Sequence record: NC_028957.1
Reading direction: 5' to 3' (one strand)
Source of the DNA: Escherichia phage vB_EcoM_VR26
Length of the DNA: 64,000 nucleotides
Below the pieces are notes generated by a model. It saw only the letters and a program-made list of their open reading frames with translations, ran no database searches and was not told the DNA's origin. The number at the start of each line of letters is the position of its first letter. Within the stretch, counting starts at the first letter, position 1. Positions 1 through 9,167 of the stretch are shown here, piece after piece. The position numbers and the translations under genes are program-made.

Positions 1-1
1 C

Positions 2-1951
2 AAAGAAACAACGGTCCAAAGCACTGTTGTTCGTAACGCGACGGGTCGTGCGGCGCTGGTTGGTAAATTCCAGTGGGGCCCAGCTTTCCAGGTAACTCAG
101 ATTACAAACGAAGTTGAACTTGTTGATTTGTTTGGTGGTCCGAATAATGAAACAGCAGATTACTTTATGAGTGGGATGAACTTCCTGCAATATGGTAACG
201 ACCTTCGTACTGTACGTGTTGTTAACCGCGACGAAGCTAAAAACGCATCCCCTGTTGCCGGCAATATTGAAACTACCATCGTTACTGCGGGTACAAACTA
301 TGCTGTTGGTGATGTTATCCAGGTTAAGCATAACCAGACGGTCGTTGAACCAGCTGGGCGTGTGACCAAGGTTGATGTTGATGGTAAAATTCTGGCAATC
401 TTTATTCCTACCAATAAGATTATTGCATTTGCTAAAACTATTAATCAGTATCCTAATTTGGGTAGTGCGTGGACTGCAGAAGTTACGACCACTTCTTCTG
501 GTGTATCCGGTACAATCACTGTAGGTAAAATTGTTACCGATTCAGGTATTCTGTTGACCGAAGCAGAAAACAGTGAAGAAGCAATTACTTCTCTGGAATT
601 CCAGGCATCTTTAGCCAAATATGCAATGCCAGGTGTTGTTGCTCTTTATCCTGGTGAAATTGGTTCGACTCTTGAAGTTGAAATCGTATCTAAAGCTGAA
701 TTCGAAAAAGGTGCAACTACAAATCTGGATATTTTCCCTGGTGGCGGTACGCGTGCTTCTGTAGCTCGTGCAGTGTTTAACTATGGTCCTCAGTCCGAAA
801 ACCAATATGCAATTATCGTTCGCCGTGATGGTGCAATCGTCGAAAACGTTGTTCTATCTACTAAGCAGGGCGAAAAAGATGTTTACGGTAATAATATTTA
901 CCTGGATGACTACTTTGCAAAAGGTACTTCCAACTACATCTATGCAACATCTCGTAACTGGCCTGTAGGCTTCAGTGGTATTATCAATCTGTCGGGTGGT
1001 ATTTCTGCAAACGATAAGATTACTGCTGGTGATTTGATGCAAGGTTGGGACCTGTTCGCTGACCGCGAAGCTCTGCATATTAACTTGCTTATCGCTGGCG
1101 CGGTCGCTGGTGAAGGTGATGCAACTGCTTCCACTGTTCAGAAGCACGTAGTTTCTATTGCTGACGAACGTCAGGATTGTCTGGCATTCATTTCTCCTCC
1201 GAAAGGGTTGTTGGTTAACGTTCCTCTGACCCGTGCAGTGGATAACCTGATTGACTGGCGTACAGGTGGTGGTACATTCGATACTGATAACATGAATATC
1301 AGCACGACTTATGCAGCGATTGATGGCAACTATAAATATCAGTATGATAAATATAACGACGTTAACCGTTGGGTTCCTCTGGCAGCTGATATGGCTGGTC
1401 TGTGTGCTCGTACTGATGATGTTTCTCAGCCTTGGATGTCTCCGGCTGGTTATAACCGTGGTCAGATTTTGAACGTTCTGAAATTGGCTGTTGAGCCTCG
1501 TCAGACCCAGCGTGACCGCATGTATCAAGAAGCTATCAACCCGGTTGTTGGTTTCGCAGGTGGTGATGGTTTTGTTCTGTATGGTGATAAGACTGCAACT
1601 AAAGTTCCATCTCCGATGGACCATATTAACGTTCGCCGTCTTACGAATATGCTGAAGAAAAATATCGGTGACGCATCCAAATATAAACTGTTTGAGCTTA
1701 ACGATAACTTCACTCGTGCATCATTCCGTATGGAAACTTCTCAATACTTGGATGGTATTCGCGCGCTTGGTGGCATTTATGAAGGTCGTGTGGTTTGTGA
1801 TACTACTAACAACACCCCGTCGGTCATAGACCGAAATGAGTTTGTTGCTAGCATATATTATAAGCCTGCAAGGTCGATAAATTATATCGTGCTTAATTTC
1901 GTAGCAACAAGTACGGGCGCTGATTTTGATGAGTTGATTGGGGTGCAATAA
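2..1951 (+). CDS. 18: Tail sheath protein gp18 (5-prime partial; gene begins upstream of window)
   Basis: Frame 2 is open from nt 2 (KETTVQSTVVRNATG...GKFQWGPAFQ); matches remembered T4 gp18 N-terminal region (ETADYFMSAMNFLQYGNDLR) and length class; track start at 128 is an internal TTG. Confidence 0.93.
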   Translation, partial: KETTVQSTVVRNATGRAALVGKFQWGPAFQVTQITNEVELVDLFGGPNNETADYFMSGMNFLQYGNDLRTVRVVNRDEAKNASPVAGNIETTIVTAGTNYAVGDVIQVKHNQTVVEPAGRVTKVDVDGKILAIFIPTNKIIAFAKTINQYPNLGSAWTAEVTTTSSGVSGTITVGKIVTDSGILLTEAENSEEAITSLEFQASLAKYAMPGVVALYPGEIGSTLEVEIVSKAEFEKGATTNLDIFPGGGTRASVARAVFNYGPQSENQYAIIVRRDGAIVENVVLSTKQGEKDVYGNNIYLDDYFAKGTSNYIYATSRNWPVGFSGIINLSGGISANDKITAGDLMQGWDLFADREALHINLLIAGAVAGEGDATASTVQKHVVSIADERQDCLAFISPPKGLLVNVPLTRAVDNLIDWRTGGGTFDTDNMNISTTYAAIDGNYKYQYDKYNDVNRWVPLAADMAGLCARTDDVSQPWMSPAGYNRGQILNVLKLAVEPRQTQRDRMYQEAINPVVGFAGGDGFVLYGDKTATKVPSPMDHINVRRLTNMLKKNIGDASKYKLFELNDNFTRASFRMETSQYLDGIRALGGIYEGRVVCDTTNNTPSVIDRNEFVASIYYKPARSINYIVLNFVATSTGADFDELIGVQ

Positions 1952-1957
1952 TAAATT

Positions 1958-1983
1958 AGGGGATGAAAGTCCCCTTATCTATT
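1958..1983 (+). terminator. Hairpin terminator after gene 18 (AGGGGA-tgaaag-TCCCCT then T-rich)
   Basis: Perfect 6-bp stem with 6-nt loop immediately after the gp18 stop. Confidence 0.6.
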
Positions 1984-2034
1984 ATGGTTGAGTGTAATTG
2001 CTTAACGAAATAGCTTAGACCCATTATACCGTGT

Positions 2035-2042
2035 TATAAATA
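2035..2042 (+). promoter_or_regulatory. T4-type late promoter TATAAATA
   Basis: Exact TATAAATA between gp18 terminator and downstream genes. Confidence 0.6.
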
Positions 2043-2043
2043 A

Positions 2044-2844
2044 AAGCATAAGGCTCCTATAAACGATTATAGAGCACGCAACCTTTAAGTAAGGTGTTTA
2101 TACATAACACGGATAAAATCGTCCCAGAATCGTTCTGGTGTGTGATTTGAGGCTACTATGATAGTAAGTGATAAACAACTCGTTAATGTAACAAACAGAA
2201 ATGTGACAAATTTGCGTGAGCAAGGTTATGACGTTTTAATCGGAACAAAACATTTGGTGAAAATCGAGCATTTAGGTAAGCGAACTAAAATCGATTGCAA
2301 ATGTGATAAATGTGGTGATGAATACACTGTCACCCAAGATAAAATAAACGAAATCAATATCCAATTCTGCAAAAGCCATAGATGGGAAATTTATTCGGAT
2401 TTGCGTAAAGAATTTTGGAACACACCGGATGGACTAAAAATTCGAAAATCTAAAGGTGCAAAAATCTCCAAAGCCAAAAAGGGTATTCCTTGTATAAATA
2501 CACGCGGGGAATTAAATGGACGATATAATCCGAGATTACGAGAATTTAAACGGTATGCATATGCAGTTCGACAATTCACCGCGTTAAATTTTAAATCTGA
2601 AGTCGAAAATCTCCCAAATTTTGAAAAGACCGGGCGGGCTGGAATTGACGGTGCATATCAGTTAGACCACAAGGTTTCCATTAAATATGGATTTGAAAAT
2701 AATATAGACCCCTCAATCATTGGACATATTTTAAATCTTGAAATGATTCCGTGGGAATTGAATCGAGCAAAGGATATAAATAATAGTATATCAATTCTCG
2801 ATTTACAAAAATATATAGAAAATTATCATAGGAAACAATAACTT
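2044..2844 (+). mobile_element. Putative freestanding homing endonuclease insertion between genes 18 and 19
   Basis: Genes 18 and 19 are adjacent in T4; here a 684-bp HNH-like ORF sits between the late promoter and gene 19. Confidence 0.45.
2158..2841 (+). CDS. HNH-family (Mob-like) homing endonuclease, putative
   Basis: 227 aa; Cys cluster CKCDKCGDEY...CKSH (zinc-finger-like) and HNN-type motif QLDHKVSIKYGFENN...NLEMIPWELNRAK; ATG with GAGG Shine-Dalgarno. Confidence 0.6.
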   Translation: MIVSDKQLVNVTNRNVTNLREQGYDVLIGTKHLVKIEHLGKRTKIDCKCDKCGDEYTVTQDKINEINIQFCKSHRWEIYSDLRKEFWNTPDGLKIRKSKGAKISKAKKGIPCINTRGELNGRYNPRLREFKRYAYAVRQFTALNFKSEVENLPNFEKTGRAGIDGAYQLDHKVSIKYGFENNIDPSIIGHILNLEMIPWELNRAKDINNSISILDLQKYIENYHRKQ

Positions 2845-3336
2845 ATGGAACTTACAGATATCACCAGAGCCTTCGAGTCGGGTGACTTTGCTCGCCCTAA
2901 CCTGTTCGAAGTCGAAATCCCATTCCTGGGTAAAAACTTTGCTTTCCATTGTAAAGCAGCCCCGATGCCAGCAGGCATTGTAGAAAAAGTACCAGTTGGT
3001 TACATGAACCGTAAAATCAACGTTGCGGGAGACCGTACATTTGATGACTGGACTATTACGATTTATAACGACGATGCTCATAAAGTTCGTCAAGCAATTG
3101 TTGATTGGCAAAATATGTGTCACGGTATGACCAACGAAATTACCGGTGCAGCTCCTGCTGATTATAAGAAAACCGCTACTGTTCGCCAGTTCCATCGTGA
3201 TGGCAAGACCGTTACTAAAGAAGTTGTTATCACCGGCATGTGGCCAACTAACGTTGGGGAAGTCCAGATGGATTGGGACAGTAATAATGAGATTGAGACA
3301 TTTGAAACAACGTTTGCAATTGACTGGTGGGAATAA
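2845..3336 (+). CDS. 19: Tail tube protein gp19
   Basis: 163 aa, same length and near-identical to remembered T4 gp19 (MELTDITRAFESGDFARPNLFEV...). Confidence 0.95.
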   Translation: MELTDITRAFESGDFARPNLFEVEIPFLGKNFAFHCKAAPMPAGIVEKVPVGYMNRKINVAGDRTFDDWTITIYNDDAHKVRQAIVDWQNMCHGMTNEITGAAPADYKKTATVRQFHRDGKTVTKEVVITGMWPTNVGEVQMDWDSNNEIETFETTFAIDWWE

Positions 3337-3337
3337 G

Positions 3338-3345
3338 TATAAATA
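3338..3345 (+). promoter_or_regulatory. T4-type late promoter TATAAATA for gene 20
   Basis: Exact TATAAATA directly after gp19 stop. Confidence 0.65.
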
Positions 3346-3353
3346 AAGTTATT

Positions 3354-3371
3354 ATGAGGCTTCGGCCTCAT
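3354..3371 (+). other. Stable stem-loop with UUCG tetraloop in gene 20 leader
   Basis: ATGAGGC-ttcg-GCCTCAT perfect 7-bp stem, not followed by a U-run; likely mRNA 5-prime stabiliser. Confidence 0.5.
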
Positions 3372-3393
3372 TTCCCAAACTTCGGAGACTCTA

Positions 3394-4968
3394 ATGGCAG
3401 GTTTTAATACAATACTAAATTTTCTTAAGCCTTGGGCTAAAGAAGATGAACAAGAATATAAGCAACAAGAAAAAAATAATTTAGAGTCAATGACCGGGCC
3501 GAAGTTTGATGATGGGGCTCGCGAAATTGAGTCACAAGAACAAAACGTCCCGTATAATGCATTGATGCAACAGATGTTCGGGAGCAACGAACCGGAAGTA
3601 AAAAACACCAGGGAATTAATTGACACATACCGCAACCTACTAAATAATTATGAAGTTGATAACGCGGTTCAAGAGATTGTGTCTGATGCCATCGTATTTG
3701 AAGACGGCAAAGATGTTGTAGCTCTTAACCTTGATGCTACCGAATTTAGTCAGAAAATTAAAGACCGAATTCTTGAAGAATTCTCGGAAGTTAATAACCT
3801 CCTTAATTTCGAGCGTAAAGGTTCTGACCACTTTAAACGTTGGTATGTGGATTCTCGAATTTTCTTCCACAAAATTATCAACCCTTCAAAACTTAAAGAA
3901 GGCGTTCAAGAACTTCGTCGCCTTGACCCAAGACAAATCCAGTTCATCCGCGAAATCGTTACACGCATGGAAAATGGTACGAAAATTGTTGACGGTTACA
4001 GAGAATATTTTGTATACGATACAGGTCATGAAAGTTATTGTGCCGATGGTCGTATATATGAAGCGGGTACTAAAATAAAAATTCCTCGTGCGGCAATTGT
4101 ATATGCGCATTCCGGATTACTTGATTGCTGCGGTAAGAATATCATTGGATACCTGCAACGAGCAATCAAACCTGCAAACCAATTAAAACTATTAGAAGAT
4201 GCTTTAGTCATTTATCGTATAACTCGTGCTCCAGACCGCCGAGTCTTTTATATCGATACTGGGAATATGCCGTCTCGTAAAGCAGCAGCACATATGCAAC
4301 ATATTATGAACACGATGAAAAACCGTGTCGTATATGATGCAACTACGGGTAAAATCAAAAACCAACAGCACAATATGTCAATGACAGAAGACTATTGGTT
4401 GCAACGTCGTGACGGTAAAGCAGTCACCGAAGTTGATACTCTCCCAGGTGCACAAGGCATGTCGGATATGGACGATGTTCGCTGGTTTAAGAACAACCTA
4501 TATCAGGCTCTCAGAATTCCATTATCTCGTATCCCTAATGACCAGAACAGCGGCGTTATGTTTGATGCGGGGGCGACAATTACTCGCGATGAATTGAATT
4601 TCTCTAAATGGATTAGACAACTACAGAATAAATTTGAAGAAGTTTTCCTCGACCCGCTTAAAACCAACCTTATCCTGAAAAAAGTTATTTCAGAAGAGGA
4701 ATGGGACAAGGAACTAAATAATATTAAAGTTACGTTCAACCGTGATAGCTATTTCACCGAAATGAAAGATGCAGAAATCATGGAACGCAGAATCAATATG
4801 CTAACGATGGCTGAACCGTTTATCGGTAAATATATTTCGCATCAAACGGCTATGAAGGATTTCCTCCAGATGTCTGATGAAGAAATTAATCAAGAAGCTA
4901 AGCAAATTGAATTGGAGTCCAAAGAGGCTCGTTTCCAAAACCCTGAAGAAGAAGAAGAGGATTTCTAA
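3394..4968 (+). CDS. 20: Portal vertex protein gp20
   Basis: 524 aa (same as T4 gp20); GGAG Shine-Dalgarno; conserved gene order. Confidence 0.95.
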   Translation: MAGFNTILNFLKPWAKEDEQEYKQQEKNNLESMTGPKFDDGAREIESQEQNVPYNALMQQMFGSNEPEVKNTRELIDTYRNLLNNYEVDNAVQEIVSDAIVFEDGKDVVALNLDATEFSQKIKDRILEEFSEVNNLLNFERKGSDHFKRWYVDSRIFFHKIINPSKLKEGVQELRRLDPRQIQFIREIVTRMENGTKIVDGYREYFVYDTGHESYCADGRIYEAGTKIKIPRAAIVYAHSGLLDCCGKNIIGYLQRAIKPANQLKLLEDALVIYRITRAPDRRVFYIDTGNMPSRKAAAHMQHIMNTMKNRVVYDATTGKIKNQQHNMSMTEDYWLQRRDGKAVTEVDTLPGAQGMSDMDDVRWFKNNLYQALRIPLSRIPNDQNSGVMFDAGATITRDELNFSKWIRQLQNKFEEVFLDPLKTNLILKKVISEEEWDKELNNIKVTFNRDSYFTEMKDAEIMERRINMLTMAEPFIGKYISHQTAMKDFLQMSDEEINQEAKQIELESKEARFQNPEEEEEDF

Positions 4969-5231
4969 TGGATGATTTATTTGAAGCCATTAAATCAAAC
5001 GACCTCGTAGCCGTTCGCAAATATTTTGCTGAAAACATTGGCCCAGTATGCGGTAGTTTGATTCAAGAACGTAAGATTGAAATTGCACGTTCCATCATGA
5101 TTGAAGGCGAAGAGCCTAAAGAAGATGATGAAGACGATAAAGATACCAAGGACGAGAAGAAAGATAAAAAAGATTCTGACGATGCCGATGAAGGCGACGA
5201 TGATGATGAAGACGATGAGGACGACGAATAA
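4968..5231 (+). CDS. 67: Prohead core protein gp67 (acidic C-terminus)
   Basis: 87 aa with poly-Asp/Glu tail; TAATG overlap with gene 20; T4 synteny. Confidence 0.8.
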   Translation: MDDLFEAIKSNDLVAVRKYFAENIGPVCGSLIQERKIEIARSIMIEGEEPKEDDEDDKDTKDEKKDKKDSDDADEGDDDDEDDEDDE

Positions 5232-5659
5232 TGCTTATTCTCCCTGAAGGTTACGAATTAACTCTTGAAAATATCGAAAGTATTTCAGAAGCAGCTCAGG
5301 GACAATTTGACTCATTATCCGAAGCCTTAGAAACGGACGATATAAATATTATTGTAGAAAACATGTTTGCCAACGGTGAGATTGAAAAAGCAATCGTTAT
5401 CGGTGCCCTGAATGAAGATATTCAGCTTGACGAATTTATCGTTAAACATGTATCGTCCCGCGGTGAATTAACCCGCACAAAAGACCGTGCTACTCGTAGC
5501 CGTAACGCTTTCCAGACAACCGGTCTTTCTAAAGCAAAACGTCGTCAAATTGCCCGTAAAGCTACTAAAACCAAACGTGCAAACCCATCAACGCAAATCA
5601 GAGCAGAGCGCAAGCGCAAAAAAGCTCGAGCTAAGCGTAAAGCATTCGGACTGAATTAA
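5231..5659 (+). CDS. 68: Prohead core protein gp68
   Basis: 142 aa (T4 gp68 about 141 aa); basic C-terminus; translationally coupled. Confidence 0.75.
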   Translation: MLILPEGYELTLENIESISEAAQGQFDSLSEALETDDINIIVENMFANGEIEKAIVIGALNEDIQLDEFIVKHVSSRGELTRTKDRATRSRNAFQTTGLSKAKRRQIARKATKTKRANPSTQIRAERKRKKARAKRKAFGLN

Positions 5660-6297
5660 TGGAACAGAAACCAGAGTTACTAATCGAACACTGGGGTCAA
5701 CCGGGCGAAATTAAAGATGGTGTACCGATGCTGGAATCACATGATGGTTCTGGCAGCGGTTTAAAACCAGGGCTTTATATTGAAGGGATTTTCCTACAAG
5801 CTGAAGTTGTCAACCGTAATAAACGACTTTATCCTAAACATATTTTGGAAAAAGCCGTTGCGGATTATATCGCCGAACAGGTTGAAACCAAGCAGTCACT
5901 TGGAGAATTAAACCATCCGCCCCGTGCGAACGTCGACCCTATGCAAGCCGCAATTATTATTGAAGAAATGTGGTGGAAAGGAAATGATGTATATGGACGT
6001 GCACGAATTATTGAAGGCGACCATGGCCCAGGTGATAAACTTGCCGCAAATATAAGAGCAGGTTGGATTCCGGGTGTATCTAGTCGTGGACTTGGTTCCT
6101 TGACTAAATCAGCCAAAGGTTATAGTATCGTCAACGAAGGTTTTAAATTGACGGTTGGAGTGGATGCAGTATGGGGGCCGAGTGCTCCGGACGCTTGGGT
6201 CAAACCGAAGCAGATTACAGAATCACAAACGGCAGTTGCCGATACCAGTGCCGATGACGCCTTTATGGCTCTCGCAGAGGCTTTAAAGACGTTATAA
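5659..6297 (+). CDS. 21: Prohead core scaffold protease gp21
   Basis: 212 aa, same as T4 gp21; synteny 68-21-22-23. Confidence 0.92.
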   Translation: MEQKPELLIEHWGQPGEIKDGVPMLESHDGSGSGLKPGLYIEGIFLQAEVVNRNKRLYPKHILEKAVADYIAEQVETKQSLGELNHPPRANVDPMQAAIIIEEMWWKGNDVYGRARIIEGDHGPGDKLAANIRAGWIPGVSSRGLGSLTKSAKGYSIVNEGFKLTVGVDAVWGPSAPDAWVKPKQITESQTAVADTSADDAFMALAEALKTL

Positions 6298-6300
6298 ATA
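6293..6300 (+). promoter_or_regulatory. T4-type late promoter TATAAATA for gene 22
   Basis: Exact TATAAATA overlapping gp21 stop, 30 nt before gene 22 ATG. Confidence 0.65.
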
Positions 6301-6329
6301 AATGTATATCTTAACAACAGGACTACAAA

Positions 6330-7148
6330 ATGCTTAAAGAACAACTCATCGCCGAAGCTCAGACCATCGATGCTTCCGTTGCTCTTGATAGTATTTTCGA
6401 ATCAGTTAATTTGTCCCCGGAAGCGAAAGCTACCTTCGGCACTGTATTCGAAGCTACCGTCAAGCAACACGCCGTTAAACTGGCAGAAATGCACATTCAG
6501 AAAATTGCTGAAAAAGCAGAAGAAGAAGTAGAAAAGAATAAAGAAGAATCTGACGAAAAAGCAGAGAAAAAACTGAAAGAATCCGCAGCTAAATTCCTTG
6601 ACCACGTTGCTAAAGAGTGGCTGGCAGAAAATAAACTGGCTGTTGACCGTGGTATTAAAGCTGACCTGTTCGAATCCATGTTTACTGGCATGAAAGAACT
6701 GTTTGTTGAGCACAACGTTGTTGTTCCAGAAGACTCTGTTGATGTTGTTGCAGAAATGCAGGAAGAACTGGAAGAGCAAAAAGCTGAAACCGCTAGTCTG
6801 TTCGAAGAAGTTTCTAAGCGTGATGCTTATATCAATTATGTCCAGCGCGAAGTTGCGTTGACTGAAGCGACCAAAGACCTGACCGAATCTCAGAAAGAAA
6901 AAGTTGGTTCTCTGGTAGAAGGTATGGATTATTCCGATGCGTTCGGTACCAAAATTGGCGCTATCGTTGAAATGGTTAAAGGTCAGGTAGACACCGCCGA
7001 AAAACCTATCACCGAAGCAGCTATAAATAATTCTGTAGACGATGCTGCGGCACTGAATTACATCTCAGAAGCAGTTGAAGAAAAAGGCGCCAAGCCTACC
7101 CTGTCCTTCGCGGACTTGTCTGCTCTCGCAGCATCACGAATTTCTTAA
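6330..7148 (+). CDS. 22: Prohead scaffold protein gp22
   Basis: 272 aa, Glu/Lys-rich coiled-coil-like; T4 synteny. Confidence 0.9.
   Translation: MLKEQLIAEAQTIDASVALDSIFESVNLSPEAKATFGTVFEATVKQHAVKLAEMHIQKIAEKAEEEVEKNKEESDEKAEKKLKESAAKFLDHVAKEWLAENKLAVDRGIKADLFESMFTGMKELFVEHNVVVPEDSVDVVAEMQEELEEQKAETASLFEEVSKRDAYINYVQREVALTEATKDLTESQKEKVGSLVEGMDYSDAFGTKIGAIVEMVKGQVDTAEKPITEAAINNSVDDAAALNYISEAVEEKGAKPTLSFADLSALAASRIS
7022..7029 (+). promoter_or_regulatory. Candidate late promoter TATAAATA inside gene 22 3-prime end (for gene 23)
   Basis: Exact TATAAATA about 140 nt upstream of gene 23 ATG; no other canonical motif nearer. Confidence 0.4.
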
Positions 7149-7169
7149 TTTAATAAGGTTATACAACAC

Positions 7170-8729
7170 ATGAAAAAGAATGCATTAGTTCAAAAATGGT
7201 CCGCTCTGCTGGAAAACGAAGCTCTTCCTGAAATCGTTGGTGCTTCTAAACAAGCTATCATCGCTAAAATCTTTGAAAACCAGGAACAAGATATCCTGAC
7301 CGCTCCTGAATACCGTGACGAAAAAATCTCCGAAGCATTTGGTTCTTTCCTGACTGAAGCTGAAATCGGTGGTGACCATGGTTATGATGCTACCAATATC
7401 GCGGCTGGCCAGACCTCTGGTGCAGTAACTCAGATTGGGCCGGCAGTTATGGGTATGGTTCGTCGTGCTATCCCACATCTGATTGCGTTTGATATTTGTG
7501 GCGTACAGCCTCTGAACAACCCGACTGGCCAGGTATTTGCCCTGCGTGCAGTTTACGGTAAAGACCCTGTAGCTGCTGGTGCTAAAGAAGCTTTCCACCC
7601 GATGTATGCTCCGAACGCTATGTTCTCCGGTCAGGGCGCTGCTGAAGCTTTCGAAGCTCTGGCTGCAAGCAAAGTTCTTACCGTTGGTAAAATTTATTCT
7701 CACTTCTTCGAAGCAACCGGTTCCGCACACTACCAGGCTGTTGAAGCTGTAACCGTTGATGCCGCCGCTACTGATGCTGCTAAACTTGACGCTGAAGTTA
7801 CCAAACTGCTCGAAGCTGGTAAGCTGGCAGAAATCGCTGAAGGTATGGCTACCTCTATCGCCGAACTGCAGGAAGGTTTCAACGGTTCTCAGGATAACCC
7901 GTGGAACGAAATGGGCTTCCGCATCGATAAACAAGTTATCGAAGCTAAATCCCGTCAGCTGAAAGCAAGCTACTCTATCGAACTGGCACAGGACCTGCGC
8001 GCTGTTCACGGTATGGATGCTGATGCCGAATTGAGTGGTATTCTGGCTACTGAAATTATGCTGGAAATCAACCGCGAAGTTATCGATTGGATTAACTACT
8101 CCGCACAGGTTGGTAAATCTGGTATGACCAACACCGTTGGCGCTAAAGCTGGTGTGTTTGACTTCCAGGACCCAATTGATATCCGTGGCGCTCGTTGGGC
8201 TGGTGAAAGCTTCAAAGCTTTACTGTTCCAGATTGATAAAGAAGCCGCTGAAATCGCTCGTCAGACCGGTCGTGGTGCAGGTAACTTCATCATCGCTTCC
8301 CGTAACGTAGTTAACGTACTGGCTGCAGTTGATACCTCCGTATCTTATGCTGCTCAGGGTCTGGGTAAAGGTTTCAACGTTGACACCACTAAAGCTGTGT
8401 TCGCTGGTGTTCTGGGTGGCAAATACCGTGTCTATATCGACCAGTATGCTCGCGCAGATTACTTCACCATCGGTTACAAAGGCGCTAACGAAATGGATGC
8501 TGGTATCTACTACGCACCATATGTTGCACTGACCCCGCTGCGTGGCTCTGACCCGAAAAACTTCCAGCCAGTTATGGGCTTCAAAACCCGTTACGGTATC
8601 GGTATTAACCCGTTCGCTGACCCGGCAGCTCAGGCTCCGACCAAGCGTATTCAAAACGGCATGCCGGACATCGTTAACAGCCTCGGCTTGAACGGTTACT
8701 TCCGCCGCGTATATGTTAAAGGAATTTAA
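7170..8729 (+). CDS. 23: Major capsid protein gp23
   Basis: 519 aa (T4 gp23 521 aa); strong similarity to remembered gp23. Confidence 0.97.
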   Translation: MKKNALVQKWSALLENEALPEIVGASKQAIIAKIFENQEQDILTAPEYRDEKISEAFGSFLTEAEIGGDHGYDATNIAAGQTSGAVTQIGPAVMGMVRRAIPHLIAFDICGVQPLNNPTGQVFALRAVYGKDPVAAGAKEAFHPMYAPNAMFSGQGAAEAFEALAASKVLTVGKIYSHFFEATGSAHYQAVEAVTVDAAATDAAKLDAEVTKLLEAGKLAEIAEGMATSIAELQEGFNGSQDNPWNEMGFRIDKQVIEAKSRQLKASYSIELAQDLRAVHGMDADAELSGILATEIMLEINREVIDWINYSAQVGKSGMTNTVGAKAGVFDFQDPIDIRGARWAGESFKALLFQIDKEAAEIARQTGRGAGNFIIASRNVVNVLAAVDTSVSYAAQGLGKGFNVDTTKAVFAGVLGGKYRVYIDQYARADYFTIGYKGANEMDAGIYYAPYVALTPLRGSDPKNFQPVMGFKTRYGIGINPFADPAAQAPTKRIQNGMPDIVNSLGLNGYFRRVYVKGI

Positions 8730-8751
8730 TCTTAGATTAAGTTAAATAAAA

Positions 8752-8778
8752 AGGGACCCTTGAGGTCCCTTTCTTGTT
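8752..8778 (+). terminator. Rho-independent terminator after gene 23
   Basis: AGGGACC-loop-GGTCCCT hairpin followed by TTCTTGTTTT. Confidence 0.7.
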
Positions 8779-8779
8779 T

Positions 8780-9073
8780 TCATACCATACCATTTAAATG
8801 AACTTCTACCCGGCGCTTGATGAGGTCTCTGAAATTAACACTGTTCTCTTGAAGTTTCAACCAGTTACCCGATTTGTCTCTGGTGTGAGTAGAATAATTA
8901 CCATTCCACCAAAAATCAGTGTCATATGCTAAGTTTTCATATTTTTTAACTAGTTTGTTCAGAGCATTACCATTAACACCATTTGGGTATTTGTTGACCA
9001 ATGCAACAACTTCAATTTCCAGATTTTTAAAGGTATTCCGAAGGAAAGATACTTTGTTCATTTTAGACTCCAT
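8780..9073 (-). CDS. Hypothetical protein (occupies segD position of T4)
   Basis: 97-aa ORF antisense between genes 23 and 24, with its own early-type promoter upstream; no recognisable motif. Confidence 0.5.
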   Translation of the reverse strand: MESKMNKVSFLRNTFKNLEIEVVALVNKYPNGVNGNALNKLVKKYENLAYDTDFWWNGNYSTHTRDKSGNWLKLQENSVNFRDLIKRRVEVHLNGMV

Positions 9074-9097
9074 TGTTTGGTAACTCAGTATGAAATC

Positions 9098-9127
9098 ATT
9101 ATGTCTTATCTTAATCGGGTTGTAAAC
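9098..9127 (-). promoter_or_regulatory. T4 early-type promoter (GTTTAC-N18-CATAAT)
   Basis: -35 GTTTAC and -10 CATAAT on minus strand upstream of 8780..9073; conserved downstream box also at about 35000 and 52000. Confidence 0.55.
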
Positions 9128-9133
9128 AACTTT

Positions 9134-9141
9134 TATAAATA
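9134..9141 (+). promoter_or_regulatory. T4-type late promoter TATAAATA for gene 24
   Basis: Exact TATAAATA 27 nt before gene 24 ATG. Confidence 0.65.
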
Positions 9142-9167
9142 AAGTATATCACAAAAGGAAAGCGCAA

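Noticed and set aside
854-1624. 256-aa minus-strand ORF inside gene 18 (and similar antisense ORFs, for example 7185..8009 in gene 23, 52054..53079 opposite gene 32, 29183..29686 opposite alt, 31751..32365 opposite gene 30)
   Set aside because: Entirely antisense to strongly supported conserved genes, low-complexity or odd composition, no start context; typical shadow ORFs
5341-5348. TATAAATA inside gene 68
   Set aside because: Exact late-promoter octamer, but about 310 nt from the next start and expected by chance in an AT-rich genome; not called
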